Shown here: piece after piece, positions 12,788 through 24,829 of the stretch
How positions within the stretch are numbered: the stretch's first letter is position 1
How the letters are laid out: every line of letters starts with the position of its first letter
NCBI RefSeq assembly: GCF_030028105.1
Contig: NC_092374.1
Span: forward strand, 8,856,998 to 8,920,997
Length of the DNA: 64,000 nt
Reading direction: 5' to 3'
Origin: Mobula birostris
Taxonomy: Eukaryota
The notes under the pieces: generated by a model
Seen by the model: only the letters and a program-made list of their open reading frames with translations
Databases searched by the model: none
What the model was told of the DNA's origin: nothing
Made by a program: the position numbers and the translations under genes

Positions 12788-14367
12788 GGTGGGGAAGGGA
12801 GTATGAAGTAAGAAGCGGGGGGGGGGTGTGGAATAGGTGGAAGAGGTAAAGGGTTGAAGCAGAAGGAATCTGATAGGAGAGGACAGCGGACCGTGGGAGA
12901 AAGGGAAAGAGGAGGGGCACCATAGGGAGGTGATGGACAGGTGAGGAGAAGAGGAGGGGTGATAGGTTATTTGAATAAAGGTTATTTATTGAGGTTGGGA
13001 TTATGGTCAGATGCGCAGAACATTTCCAGTATTTACAATGAGTACACTTTGTAAATTATTTCGCCGGCTGGGGTATGCAAGGGAAATTCCTGAAAGGCAC
13101 CATTTGAGTACAAGAGATTTTGCAGATGCTGGAAATTCAGAGCAACGCACACAAAATGCTGGAGGAACTCAGCAGATCAGGGAGCGTCGATGGAAATGAA
13201 TAACAGTCGATTTATCGGGCCGAGACCCTTTATCAGGAATTGGTAAATTATTTTGAGCACAGGTCTTTGTTTCCAAAACGAGTGTGTCTCAGCTTTTCCT
13301 GCAGTCCCCTGAGAATCTAACCCTTTAAGTCAGACCGTGTCGCTGTGGAAGTGCTCTCGGCTGATCTTAAACTATCCACGTGTGCATTTTACTGCCGCTA
13401 TTAAAACTAAATGGTGCAGTAACCCGTCCGTCCGCTGAAATCTGATATTAAAAAAAAACAACCATGTGAATCTGTGACATTGCTGTAAAACCTCGGTGAT
13501 CTGAGTGTCCTTCGGGAAGGTGGCTGCCTGATCTGCCCTGGGCAGACATGTGACTCCAGTACGGCAGAACATTGAGTCAATGTCCTGAGGACAAGCGGAG
13601 AACCAGAGGCAGACGATCTGTATGATCAGACCGTACCATAACCAACCAACATTTGCCACTCTACGGATGATTAATGGCACGCTAGTACTGTATAGCGCTG
13701 AGGGTGCACTTTGCAGCGCCAGGGACACGGGTTCAATTCTTGACACGGTCCAGCAAATACCCAGAGTTGTGTTGAAGGAGTATTGTGGTTAGAGCAAGCA
13801 CTTTACAGCGCCAGTGATCACTGATCGGGGTTAAATTCCCGTTGCCGTCCGCAAGGAGTTCAAGATTCACAGTACATTTATTATAGGAGTATATATTCAG
13901 TACGCAACTCTGAGATTCCTCTTCCCCGCAGACAGCCACGAAACAAAGAAACCCAGGTGCCCATTTAAAGAAAAACATCAAACCCCATGAGCAAAAAAAG
14001 AACAAATCGCGCAAACGGCAAAAAAGAGTGAGACACGCAGAACGCAAAATAGGAAATCACAAAGACATCCTGAGAGTCCAGGCGTATTCAGTTCACGTCA
14101 ATCTTGCGCCGCTATTTGCTGGCGACAGCGGTCGTCCGTCCGGATCAAAATCGCACAAAACAGCAACGAGAAAAGGAGCGACCAGAAACTCTCAATAACG
14201 TGAACGTTTGTACATTCTCCCCGAGACAGCATGGATTTTCTTCCGGTGCTCTGGATTTCTCCCATACTCCACAGACTCCACAGGGTTAGAACATAGAACA
14301 TAGAACATAGAATAGTACAGCACAGTACAGGCCCTTCGGCCCAAAACGTTGCGCCGACCCTTAAACC

Positions 14368-14504
14368 NNNNNNNNNNNNNNNNNNNNNNNNNNNNNNNNN
14401 NNNNNNNNNNNNNNNNNNNNNNNNNNNNNNNNNNNNNNNNNNNNNNNNNNNNNNNNNNNNNNNNNNNNNNNNNNNNNNNNNNNNNNNNNNNNNNNNNNNN
14501 NNNN
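14368..14504. other. Assembly gap (N run)
   Basis: Run of N. Confidence 1.
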
Positions 14505-14976
14505 TGTCTAGTAGTCTCTTAAACTTCAGGGCGAGTAAGTTATGGAAACACTAAGTTGATGCCGAAAGCCTGCTAACTCTTGCGGTCTCCCCGTGGAACA
14601 TCCTCGTGGTTTGTTGGTCGTCGATGCAAACCACTCATTTCACTATATGGTTCAATGTACACGTGTCAAATAAAGCTAATCTTTTAAATCTTTAACATAA
14701 AAGAGAAACTTGCTTCTTGCTCGGTGTGGATGCACGCTTAGTTGCAAATGAATGTGTGGGTGAGTTAGAGCACTGAGTGATTCCGGTATCCCACAATTAC
14801 AACATACTTTGTCAAGTGCTTCACTGGCTGGACTGTAACTGTGAGGCATCGGTTTAGGGTGAGAGGGGAAGGATGAGGTTTTCACCCAGAGGGTGGTATA
14901 TATAGAACGAGCTGCCAGAGGAAATGGCTGAAGCAGCTGCAGTAGTCATTTAAGACTTTCTTCTCTTCTTTCAGTG

Positions 14977-15012
14977 AGCCCTGACGAAGGGTCTCGGCCT
15001 GAAACGTCGACT
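14977..15012 (+). ncRNA. Minimal hammerhead motif (intact core, one stem-I mismatch)
   Basis: AGCC-CTGACGA-AGG GTCTCGG CCT-GAAA-CGTC^GACT, followed by the Penelope-type tail. Confidence 0.65.
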
Positions 15013-16133
15013 GTACCTCTTCCTATAGATGCTGCCCAGCCTGCTGCATTCACCAGCAATTTTTATGTGTGTTGCCAGAGTCATTTAAGAATCACTTTGG
15101 TGCATAGAAGGGTGAGGCTTGTAGAGGTGTGGGCTGAGTACAGGAAGTTGGGATTGGAAGGGTGGTCAGCATGGTCTTGTTGGGCTGAAGGGCCTGTATT
15201 CATGTTGGATTGCTCTACGGCTCTGTGATTCTTGGAATGTTCAAGTGGGGATTGGAACTTTCTGCAGGGGATAAGATAGATCAGGGTGAAAGTCATTATC
15301 AGGGTAATGGAGACAGATGAAGAACTGTTCTACCAGGAGCTGACAGACTCAATCGCCTGGAACCCCTCTCAATGTTGTAACAATTCCATGTCTGCTTTCC
15401 CTGGCCTGCCCACTCATTGGAAACTGAATTGAATGGGAACCATCCCATCTGATTCACTCATTGTTGAGTAAGGAGTTGGGTGTGCAAGGGTGGTTAAGAA
15501 ATTGAGCAGACTAAGGGAAGAAACCCAGGCAGTGGAATTTGGTTGGAATTGTCAAGGCAAAGTGCTGCCATTGTACTGATGGGCACAATGGCCTCTGCCT
15601 GCACTCAGCAAGCCTTCAAAATACCTGCTTTAAGCAGAGAAAGCCATTAAAAATTACTGAGTGACTACTCCCAGGCCAGGCACAATAAAACAAAGTTACT
15701 GATGTTATTATTTCTCCCTGGCAGGAATAACAAACGACACAAGGTCAAATCCCACCATAGTAACTGGGGAACTTGTATTAATTTTAATTAGGAATAAAAG
15801 GATGGATTTAACAGAAGTGTTTATGGAATTTTGTAACATTTTTCCTGCTTCCACCTGCCAAGCCTTTTATGAAGTGTGGGGTTCAGGGGCAGGGATGAGA
15901 GGGAGTTAGAGGTCAGGGGTGATAAATGAAGAGTCAGGGGCAGGAGCCTGTTTTCAGAGTTCAAGTTGAAGTGCTGTGATGTTGAAGGCTAGCAATACCC
16001 GAGGGTCTGGTCTGCAGGCATGGAGGACAAAACCAGTGATGCTGCTGCTTAAGGACAGCGGTCAGCAGGTTCCAAGGACAAAGGGTTGTTGACCCACAGG
16101 TGAGTGAGTGAATTATATTTTATTAACTTATTT

Positions 16134-16905
16134 ATGGTAATTTTGTGGTTATATGGCTTTTGGACTCATACAGAGAGGTGGTAGAGAGTCTTCTGAAATG
16201 GTGTGAGAACAACAATCTGAGTTACAATGTGGACAAGGCAAAAGAGGTGATTGTGGACTTCAGGAAGGCACAGATTGACCACTTTCCATTGCAGATCAAT
16301 AGCTCTGCCCTGGAGAGAGTGAAGTTCCTTGACGCGCACATAATGGACAATCTAACCTTGACCCACAACCCACAACATCTCTTCACTAGTCAAGGAGGCA
16401 CAGCAGCATCTACCCCTTCTGAGGAGACGCCCCACTGTATTTTAACAATTTTCTACAGGAGCACCATTGAGAATATCGTGTCTGGCTGCATCATTGTGTG
16501 GTACGGGAGCTGCAAGGCATTGGACTGCAAGATCCTGCAGAGGGCAGTAAAGACTGGCGAGAGTATCACCAGGGTCTCCCTCTCCCCAGTTTGGGACATT
16601 TTCCAGGAGCATTGTAATCAAAGGGTCTGAAGCATTGTTGAGAATCCCTACCACACATCCACAATCTCTTTGACCCGGTACATCAGGAAGGAGGTACTAG
16701 ACATCAGGACTAAGATTTCCAGACTGGGTAACAGCTTCTTCCCTCAGACTGAGGGACTAATGAATACCCTGACACCACTGAGATCTCGTCACTGGAACAG
16801 TGAGATGTTTAATGTATCCTTGTGCTGCACATTACATGCATTTTGAATTATATTTTATTAACTTATTTGTGACAGTATTTTATTTAATGCGCTGTGTGTG
16901 ATCTA
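16134..16905 (+). mobile_element. Rex1-like 3' fragment
   Basis: WCENNNLSYNVDKAKEVIVDFRK..FYRSTIENIVSGCI. Confidence 0.75.
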
Positions 16906-17291
16906 AGTTTGTGGGCACACCACGGGCCGGAGGAATGTTGTTTTGTTTGGTTGTATACATGTACAGTCAGATGGCAGTAAACTTGAACACAGAGTCCATG
17001 GAGGGGAGCTGATGTCTGTGATGTGCTGAACTGTGTCCATAACTCTGCAGTTTCTTGTGGTCTCGGGCAGAGCCATTGTCGCACCAAGCCCTGATGCATC
17101 CAGACAGAGAGCTTTCGATGGTGCTTCTGTACATAGAAGCTATGGGTGCTGAAGTGTACAGTGTTTGGTTCACACATCAGCCTGGCACTTACAGGGTTAC
17201 AGAGGCGGAGAAATGACTGACGGTGTGGCTCAGGAAGAAGCAGAGGGAATGCAGCCAGGATCAGACTCCTGGAGGTGGGCAGTAGTGGACA

Positions 17292-17340
17292 ATGCTGGCT
17301 GTCCTGCTCTGTATAATCGTCTGTGTTTTTTCCACTGGGG
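17292..17340 (+). CDS. Siglec-15-like gene, exon 1 (signal peptide MLAVLLCIIVCVFSTG)
   Basis: ATG followed by a 16-residue hydrophobic leader, ending G|GTGAGT (strong phase-1 donor). It splices in frame to the 23032 exon. FSTGG resembles the LPTGS leader end of mammalian Siglec-15. Confidence 0.8.
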
Positions 17341-18375
17341 GTGAGTATCTCACAGTGTGAGGCACAAACTTATTCCACTCCAGAGTAAATGTGGTCAGAG
17401 TTTAACCCTCTTATCCTGGACTATGTTAGCACTAAACCCACCCATCAGCTCACTCACTTGCTGAGAACCCCCTGTGTTGGGACCGACCAAATCCCTTTGG
17501 CGAGCTGGGCAGTCCAACATAACGTTTGAAATCCGTGCTGAGATTTGAAAATCTCTTGCCTTTCTAATGCAGCAGTGGAGGGAAACCTGAGATGCTGCAG
17601 GCGGGAAGGGGTCTCAACATTAGATGGATGGGGTGAGAAGATACTTCATCATTCCCAGTGGGAAGAAACTTCGGAAGTCTTTCTCCCAGAGGGCACAGGG
17701 ATTCGAGAGCATTAGAGAGAGGAATGAATTGATTTCTGGATGTTGAAGTAATTGAGAGGTATGGGGCTAGAGCGAGAAAGTGGGGCAGAAATAAAAGATG
17801 GGCTGTGATATTATTGAACAGGAGGTCAGAATTGAGGGGATGGAAAGGTTATTCCCACTTCAGATTCTTGTTTCTCTCATGTCCTTTTGTTTGACGGCAT
17901 TCTGGTAACAAACCATGGATAAGTGTACTAGGAGCCGGTTAATGATTCACTGGCAACCAGGCTGAGGAATCCACAATGGTTTATGACTGATAATCGAGGG
18001 GCTGGGGAACACACAGCAATGAAGTAAACCATTCAACCCAGTCAGTCATTGCTCTGTTAGTTACATCAAACACCATCACAGGATCTTCTTTCCTTTTCTC
18101 CCTGAAGCAAACAGCATGGAAACAAGCCCTTCAGCCCAATTTGCACGTGCCGATTGAGATATCTGTCTGAATTAGTCCCTTTTGCCTGCATTTGATCCAT
18201 GTAACTCCAACCCTTTCCTGCCCCCGTGTACCTGTCCAAGTGCTTTTTTAAACACTGTAGTTTTACCTACTTTTACCACTTCCTCTGGCAGCTCATTCCA
18301 CACACCCACTACCAGCAGTGTTCCGAATCAGAATCAGTAATCAGGTTTAATATCACTGACGTGTAATGTGAAACT

Positions 18376-18376
<1 letters not shown>

Positions 18377-18414
<38 letters not shown>

Positions 18415-18490
18415 TAGAGGGGAGGGAGGGAGGGAGAGAGGAGGGAGAAAGACAAAGAGAGTGAGTGTGTGTGTGTTCACACACACAAAC
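18377..18490. repeat. Compound (GT)n(GA)n microsatellite
   Basis: Direct reading of the sequence. Confidence 0.95.
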
Positions 18491-18916
18491 ACGGGGTGAT
18501 TGATAAGTTCGTAGCCTAAGGTAGAAGGAGTCAATTTTAGAAAACCTAGCACATTTACTTTTCAACACAGTCCCCTCCTACATTTACACACTTAGTCCAG
18601 CGATCGTGGAGCATAGGGATCCCTTCCTTGTACAAGTGGTTCACAGCAGGGGTGATGGATAAGTTCGTGGCCTTGGGTAGAAGGAGATCAGTTATACAGC
18701 TCTTGATACATGCACGTGCAGTTCAACTCTTTGAGTGAAAATGCAGGAAGTTTGAAGTTAATAACTCATCTCCTTCTACCTTAGGCCACGAACTTATCAA
18801 TCATCCCGAGCGTGCGCGCGTGTGTGTGTGTATGTAAGTAATACAAATTAAACAACCTAAGAATGTAATGCAAAAAGAACAAATGACAGTGTAAATCCAA
18901 CTGGCTTGATTTGTTT

Positions 18917-18976
18917 AAGCAACACACATCAAAGTTGCTGGTGAACGCAGCATCTGCAGAATTCCTCGTGTTTGCG
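18917..18976. mobile_element. 60-bp Penelope-tail insertion with internal inversion
   Basis: 15-bp TSD TGGCTTGATTTGTTT at 18902-18916 and 18977-18991. Confidence 0.8.
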
Positions 18977-19134
18977 TGGCTTGATTTGTTTGTCATCTTT
19001 CACCATCTCTCCCCTCCGCCCCTCACTCCAGCCTATTAGCCCCTTTCTCCTTCTCCGCCTCCCCTTTTCATACCGGCTATCTGACCCCTCCCCTCTCCAC
19101 TCTGAAACCTGATTGCAGGGATTCAACCCTGAAG

Positions 19135-19990
19135 GTTAACTTCAAGGATGAGTCTGTGGGAAGGACGGTAAATGTAATAATAGCATTCATTTTGAGAGCA
19201 CTGGACTGGAATATAAAAGCAAAGATGTAATGCTGACGCTTTATAAAGCATTGGTCAGACTGCATTTCAACCATTGCGAGCAGTTTTAGACCCCATATTT
19301 AAGAAAGGATGTGCTAGAATTGGAGAGGATCCACAAGAGGTTCACGAGAATGATTCGAGAATGAAAGGGTTAATTTGATGGTTCTGGGTCTGTACTTGCT
19401 GGAGTTTAGAAGAATAAGGGGGGAAATTTCATTGAGACCTGCCGAATATCTAGATAGAGTGGATGTGGAGAGGATGTTTCCTATAGTGGATGAGACCGGA
19501 GGGCACAGCTTCAGAATATAAGGGTGTCCCCATAAAACAGAGTAGAGGAGGAACTTAAAAACGCAAACATGAGGAAATCTGTAGATGCTGCAATTTCAAG
19601 CAACACATATAAAAGTTGCTGGTGAACGCAGCAGGCCAGGCAGCATCTCTAGGAAGAGGTACAGTTTGACGTTGGCTGTACCTCTTCCTAGAGATGCTGC
19701 CCGGCCTGCTGCGTTCACCAGCAACTTTTATATGTGTTGCTTGAGGAGGAATTCCTTTCACCAGATGGTCATGAATCTGTGGAAGACATTGCTACAGATA
19801 GATGGCTGTGGAGGCTGTCAATGGACATACTCAAAGAGGGGCTTGACAGGTACTTGATTAGTAAAGTTTATCAGGAGAATGAGTTTGAGAGGGATAATAA
19901 ACCGGCCATGATGGAATGGTGGAGCAGACTCGATGGGCCGAATAGCCTGATTCTGCTCCTACAGTATGCCTTATAGTCTTATGTTTAGTT
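19135..19990 (+). mobile_element. CR1 3' fragment, interrupted by a palindromic insertion
   Basis: ctggaatataaaagcaaagatgtaatgctg..gagtttagaagaataaggggg RT end and 3' UTR. Confidence 0.7.
19554..19742. mobile_element. Palindromic Penelope-tail insertion in a CR1 fragment
   Basis: Inverted arms of about 70 bp; TSD GAGGAGGAA at 19545-19553 and 19743-19751. Confidence 0.8.
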
Positions 19991-20047
19991 CATTGGGCCA
20001 GCCGCAGTGACAACCGGCTCTGCAGCTGTGAACTCACTTTTGTGAAC

Positions 20048-20265
20048 AAGAGAAAATCTTCAGATGCTGGAAATCCGAGCAACACACAAAATGCTGAAGG
20101 AACTCAATGGACCAGGCAGCATCTGTGGAAAAAAGTACAGTTCATGTTTTGGGCTGAGACCATACTCCAGTCCGGCCAAAGGGTTTCGGCCTGTAACGTC
20201 AACTGTACTTTTTTCCACAGATGCTGCCTGGTCTGCTGAGTTCCTCCAGCATTTTGTGTGTGTTG
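20048..20265. mobile_element. Palindromic Penelope-tail insertion (second subfamily)
   Basis: Inverted arms with two decayed HHRs at the centre; TSD CTCACTTTTGTGAAC 20033-20047 / CTCACTTTCGCGAAC 20266-20280. Confidence 0.72.
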
Positions 20266-20819
20266 CTCACTTTCGCGAACTTTAGTTATTTGCTTTTTAT
20301 TGTTTGCACGATTTTTTTTGCCAATTGGGTGTTTGACAGTTTTCATCTTCAATTGGTTCTACTGTGTTTCTTTATTTTGTGGCTGCCTGCAAGGAGACAA
20401 ATCTCAAGATTCTATATAATATAGAGACTTTGATAAATACGCTTCAAACTTTGATTCCCCCGACCAATGTTGAGTTCCTGCTGCAGATTGCGCGTTGGTC
20501 CAGATTTTAGCACCTACAGTCTCTTGTGTTCTCCTACACATTTTGCTGCTGTTATAAGAGGAAGCTAGTTTTGAGTAGTGGGTTCCATTCTTGCCTCTGA
20601 GTCTGAATGTAGTCGGTTTAAGTGACCAAACAGAGACTCCAGGACGACTATCTGATGCAGCAATGGATGGGATTGATCCCAGGACACTGTGCAGAGGATG
20701 GAGTGCATCACTTGAAGTTCAACTCAATGGTTTGAAGGTTGGTGCCAATCCTCTCCTGCTCTGCCGAAGGACTATGAGCTCACTTTCAAAGTCACTACAA
20801 CTCATGTTCTCAATATTAT

Positions 20820-21665
20820 TTATTCCTTATTTATCTTTATACTTTATACTTTATTGTCGCCAAACAATTGATACTAGAACGTACAATCATCACAGCGATA
20901 TTTGATTTTGCACTTCCTGCTCCCTGGATTACAAATATTAAATATTAAAAATATTTAAAATAGTAAAAATTAGTAAATATTAAAATTTGAAATTATAAAT
21001 AGAAAATAGAAAAATGGAAAGTAAGGTAGTGCAAAAAAACTGAGAGGCAGGTCCGGATATTTGGAGGGTACGGCCCAGATCCGGGTCAGGATCCATTCAA
21101 CAGTCTTATCACAGTTGGAAAGAAGCTGTTCCCAAATCTGGCCATACAAGTCTACAAGCTCCTGAGCCTTCTCCCAGAGGGAAGAAGGACAAAAAGTGTG
21201 TTGGCTGGGTGGGTCGTGTCCTTGATTATCCTGGCAGCACTGCTCAGACAGCGTGCGGTGTAAAGTGAGTCCAAGGCCAGAAGATTGGTTTGTGTGATGT
21301 GCTGCGCCGTGTTCACGATCTTCTGCAGCTTCTTTCGGTCTTGGACAGGACAACTTCCATACCAGGTTGTGATGCACCCTAAAAGAATGCTTTCTACGGT
21401 GCATCTATAAAAATTAATGAGGGTTTTAGGGGACAGGCCAAATTTCTTTAGTTTTCTCAGGAAGTGAAGGCGCTGGTGGGCCTTCTTGGCAGTGAACTCT
21501 GCTTGGTTGGACCAAGTCAGGCCATTTGTGATATTGACCCCGAGGAGCTTAAAGCTTTTGACCTGTTCCACTTGTGCACCACCGATGTAAATTGGGTCGT
21601 GCGGTCCGCTACTCCTTCTGAAGTCAACAACCAATTCCTTTGTCTTACTGACGTTGAGGGATAGG
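20820..21665 (-). mobile_element. Rex1-like 3' fragment
   Basis: NLSLNVSKTKELVVDFRR..KKAHQRLHFLRKLKKF..LPSGRR. Confidence 0.85.
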
Positions 21666-21689
21666 TTATCTATTATTATTCTTACTTTG

Positions 21690-22660
21690 TTTGTCTTTTT
21701 GTATTTACACAAAAAGAAAGGTGGTGACGAACCGGCGTATAGGAGGGAGATTGAAAATCTGTTCGAGTGGTGCCATCGCAACAACTTCTTACTCAATGTC
21801 AGCGAGACTAAGGAGCCTGTTATTGACTTGAGGAGGAGGAAACCAAAGGTCCATCAGAGGATCAGGGTTGGAGAGGGTCAGCAACTTTAAATTCCTCAGT
21901 GTTTTTATCCTGGATGACCTGTCTTACACCCAGCACGTAAGTGCAATCATGAAGAAAGCACAGCAGTGCCTCTACTTCCTTAGGAGTTTGCAAAGATTCA
22001 GCATCACATCTAAAACTTTGACAAACTTCTATAGATATGTGGTGGACAGTATATTGACTGGCTGCATCACAGCCTGGTGAGCAAACACCAATGCCCTGGA
22101 ACAGAAAATCCTACAAAAAGTAGTGAATATGGCCCAGTCCATTGCGGGTAAAGCTCTCCCCACCATTCAGCGTGCCTATATGAAACACTGTTGCAGGAAA
22201 GCAGTACCCGTCATCAGGCTCACCACTGTCCAGGAGATGCCCTCTTCCCGCTGCTGCCATCAGGAAGAAGGTACAGGGCATCAAGATTCTCACCACCAGG
22301 TTTAGGAATCGCTATTACCCCTCAGCTATCAGGCTCTGGAGCCAAAGGGGATAACCTTACTCAACTTCATTTCATCGTTGAAATGTTTGCACAGCTTATG
22401 GACTCACTTTCAAGGGCTTTTCATCTCATGTTCTTGATATTTGTTGTTTACTTATTATTTCTTTCTTTTTCGTATTTGAATAATTTATATCTTTTGCACA
22501 CTGATTAAACACTCAAGTTTGTGTGTTCTTTTATTGTTTCAATTATAATTATTATTATTTTATTATGGATTTATTGCGTATGCCAGCAAGAAAATGAATC
22601 TCAGGGTTCTACAGTACATGGTGACATACATGTACTTTGCTAATACATTTACTTTGAACT
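21690..22660 (+). mobile_element. Rex1-like 3' fragment
   Basis: WCHRNNFLLNVSETKE; KKAQQCLYFLRSLQRF; TTTGAACTTTG tail. Confidence 0.8.
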
Positions 22661-22780
22661 TTGAAAAGTTGTCTTTTACACATTGGTTGTTTGTCTGTAG
22701 TTTTTCATTGATTCTCTTTTGTTTCTTTGTATTTATTGTGAATGCTTGCAAGAATATTCTTCCCACATTCCACAGTTATG

Positions 22781-22870
22781 CTGGTTAGTAGGTTAATTGG
22801 TCATTATAAATTGTCCTGTGATTACGCTGGTTAGTAGGTTAATTGGTCATTATAAATTGTCCTGTGATTA
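22781..22870. repeat. Tandem duplication of a ~44-bp SINE-derived segment
   Basis: GCTGGTTAGTAGGTTAATTGGTCATTATAAATTGTCCTGTGATTA occurs twice. Confidence 0.9.
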
Positions 22871-23031
22871 TTGGTTAAATAGATGGGTTTCTGGGCTGTG
22901 TGGCTCACTGAATCGGAAAGGGCTATTCCACGCTATCTCTCTAGACAAAATTAAATAAACTGAATCTCAGGTTAATAAAGGTGACATATATATGTAATTT
23001 GATAATATTTAATTTACTTTGAACTTTGCAG

Positions 23032-23448
23032 GCCTCCATCGTAATGGCAGGAGCCTGGAGAGACCGGATATGGTGACATGGAGTGTGGAGAGCCCGGACA
23101 CGGTGATAGGGAGGGTAGGAAAGCCAGTGGTTCTGTTCTGCACGTTCACTCACCCTCACCATGCGTACAGAGGGAACATCAGCGTCAGCTGGAGGGAAGA
23201 GAAGACGGGCAAGTGGTTTCTCAATTACACCAATTACCCTTCGGGCAATGGGTTTGCCAGTTGGATCCAAGAGAGTGCAGGGGAGCGCTACCAACTAGTG
23301 GGGAGTCCGCGGCGGAACGACGTGTCCATAATCATCAGGAGTTTGAGACCTTGTGATGACCACACGCAGTATACTTGCCTTGTGGAGCTGCAGGTGCACA
23401 GGAATCAGACAGCCCATAACTTCTCCCAAACACTTCTCATGGTAACAG
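23032..23448 (+). CDS. Siglec-15-like gene, V-set Ig exon 1
   Basis: ttgcag| acceptor, ACAG|GTGAG donor, phase 1/1, 417 nt. WSVESP..VLFCTFTHPHHAYRG..WRE..RYQLVGSPRRNDVSI..YTCLVE matches the Siglec-15 V motifs CTFTHPH..Y.G and R..L.GNPRRNDLS as recalled. Confidence 0.92.
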
Positions 23449-24229
23449 GTGAGGAACTGTTCCAATTGGCTTGTGGATTATTCAATACAAAGCATCACTT
23501 AACAGACATATTACTGCTTCCACTGATTCGTTGAAAGTATACAATTAATTTCACACCCCCATTGTCCTCCCCTCGATTGGAACTCATCCAAGTCCAAACC
23601 CAATCACAGGAACATCTTTCTTTGAGCTGCCACTTGCATTTTTATTCTCTCCTTATTTGGTCCTTTGTCCAGTTCTGCTTGAGGCACTCAGTAATGTCCA
23701 GTTTCTTTAAGGATACTCCTTATGGTTATTAAGTCCAATCCTCTATGAAGTCTCCCATCCCACTTTAACATTTTTCTTTGGAATGCTGCCAAAAATTCAT
23801 AAGTAAGAAGATTAACTTAATTTGCCAAAATATCCAGTGAAATAGAAAGGGTTATCGGAATGCAGAAGAATGAGGGGTGATCTCAATGAAACCTATCGAA
23901 CGTTGAAAGGCCTCGATCGAGTGGATTTAAGATAGGATGTTTCCTATAGTGGGGGAGTCTAGGTCCAGAGGACACAGCCTCAGGATAGAGGGACATCCCT
24001 TTAGAACGGAGGTGAGGAGGACTTTTTTCAGCCAGAGAGTGGTGAATCTGTGGAATTTGTTGCCACAGTTGGCTGTGGGGGCCAAGTCAAGACAGGGGTT
24101 AATAGATTCTTGATCAGTCAGGGCACGAAGGGTTACAGGGAGAAAGTAGGAGACTGGGGCTGAGAGGGAAATGAATGAGCAGTGGTGAAATTGTGGAGCA
24201 GACTTGATGGGCCAATTGGCCTAATTTTG

Positions 24230-24495
24230 TTAACAACCAACACAGCCCAAAGTTGTGCTGGGGGAGCCTATAAGTATCGCCATGCCTCCACCACCAACAG
24301 TACAGTGCCCACAACTTACTAACCCTCACCTGAACATCTTTGGAATGTGGGTGGAAACCAGGGCACCCAGAGGAAGCCCTTGTGGTCAAGGGGAGAACGT
24401 TCAATTCCTTACAGAGAGTGGCAGGAATTGAACGGCAGTCGCTAATCGCTGGCACTGTAAAGCATTAAGCTAACCACTATGCCACTGTGCCACCA
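24230..24495 (-). mobile_element. V-SINE (HE1-like)
   Basis: Reverse complement of the tRNA head and V-domain. Confidence 0.7.
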
Positions 24496-24829
24496 ACTGT
24501 TTTGAAAGTGTTAAGTTGTAGTTACCCTCATCAATCCCCCGCCCTACAAATGACACAACTCAAGATGTCCTACCTCTGAACACTGGCTATCTTATCATCA
24601 AATCCTGCCCTAGAGAGTTACCCCCACTCTCCACACTGAAAGACACGAGCAGAGTCTTGCCCCATTGGAAGTGGCTTCCTTCAGATGAGATGATAAACTA
24701 TGGTCCAGTTAGCTCACTAAAGTGATCAGAAAAGACCCCATAGTACCATCTGCAAAAGCAGCAGAGGGTTTCTTCCTGATGACTCGGCCAATATCTTAAG
24801 CAACATCAATAAAACAGTTGACATTGTCC

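Noticed and set aside
13372-13680. Unique segment with a strong minus-strand acceptor (cttgtcctcag) and open frames
   Set aside because: No recognisable domain in any frame and no linked exons. It may be UTR or regulatory, but this is unsupported.
17350-17377. CACAGTG heptamer after the leader exon (possible V(D)J signal)
   Set aside because: No nonamer at 12- or 23-bp spacing. Both V exons already encode their G strand, so the gene is non-rearranging.
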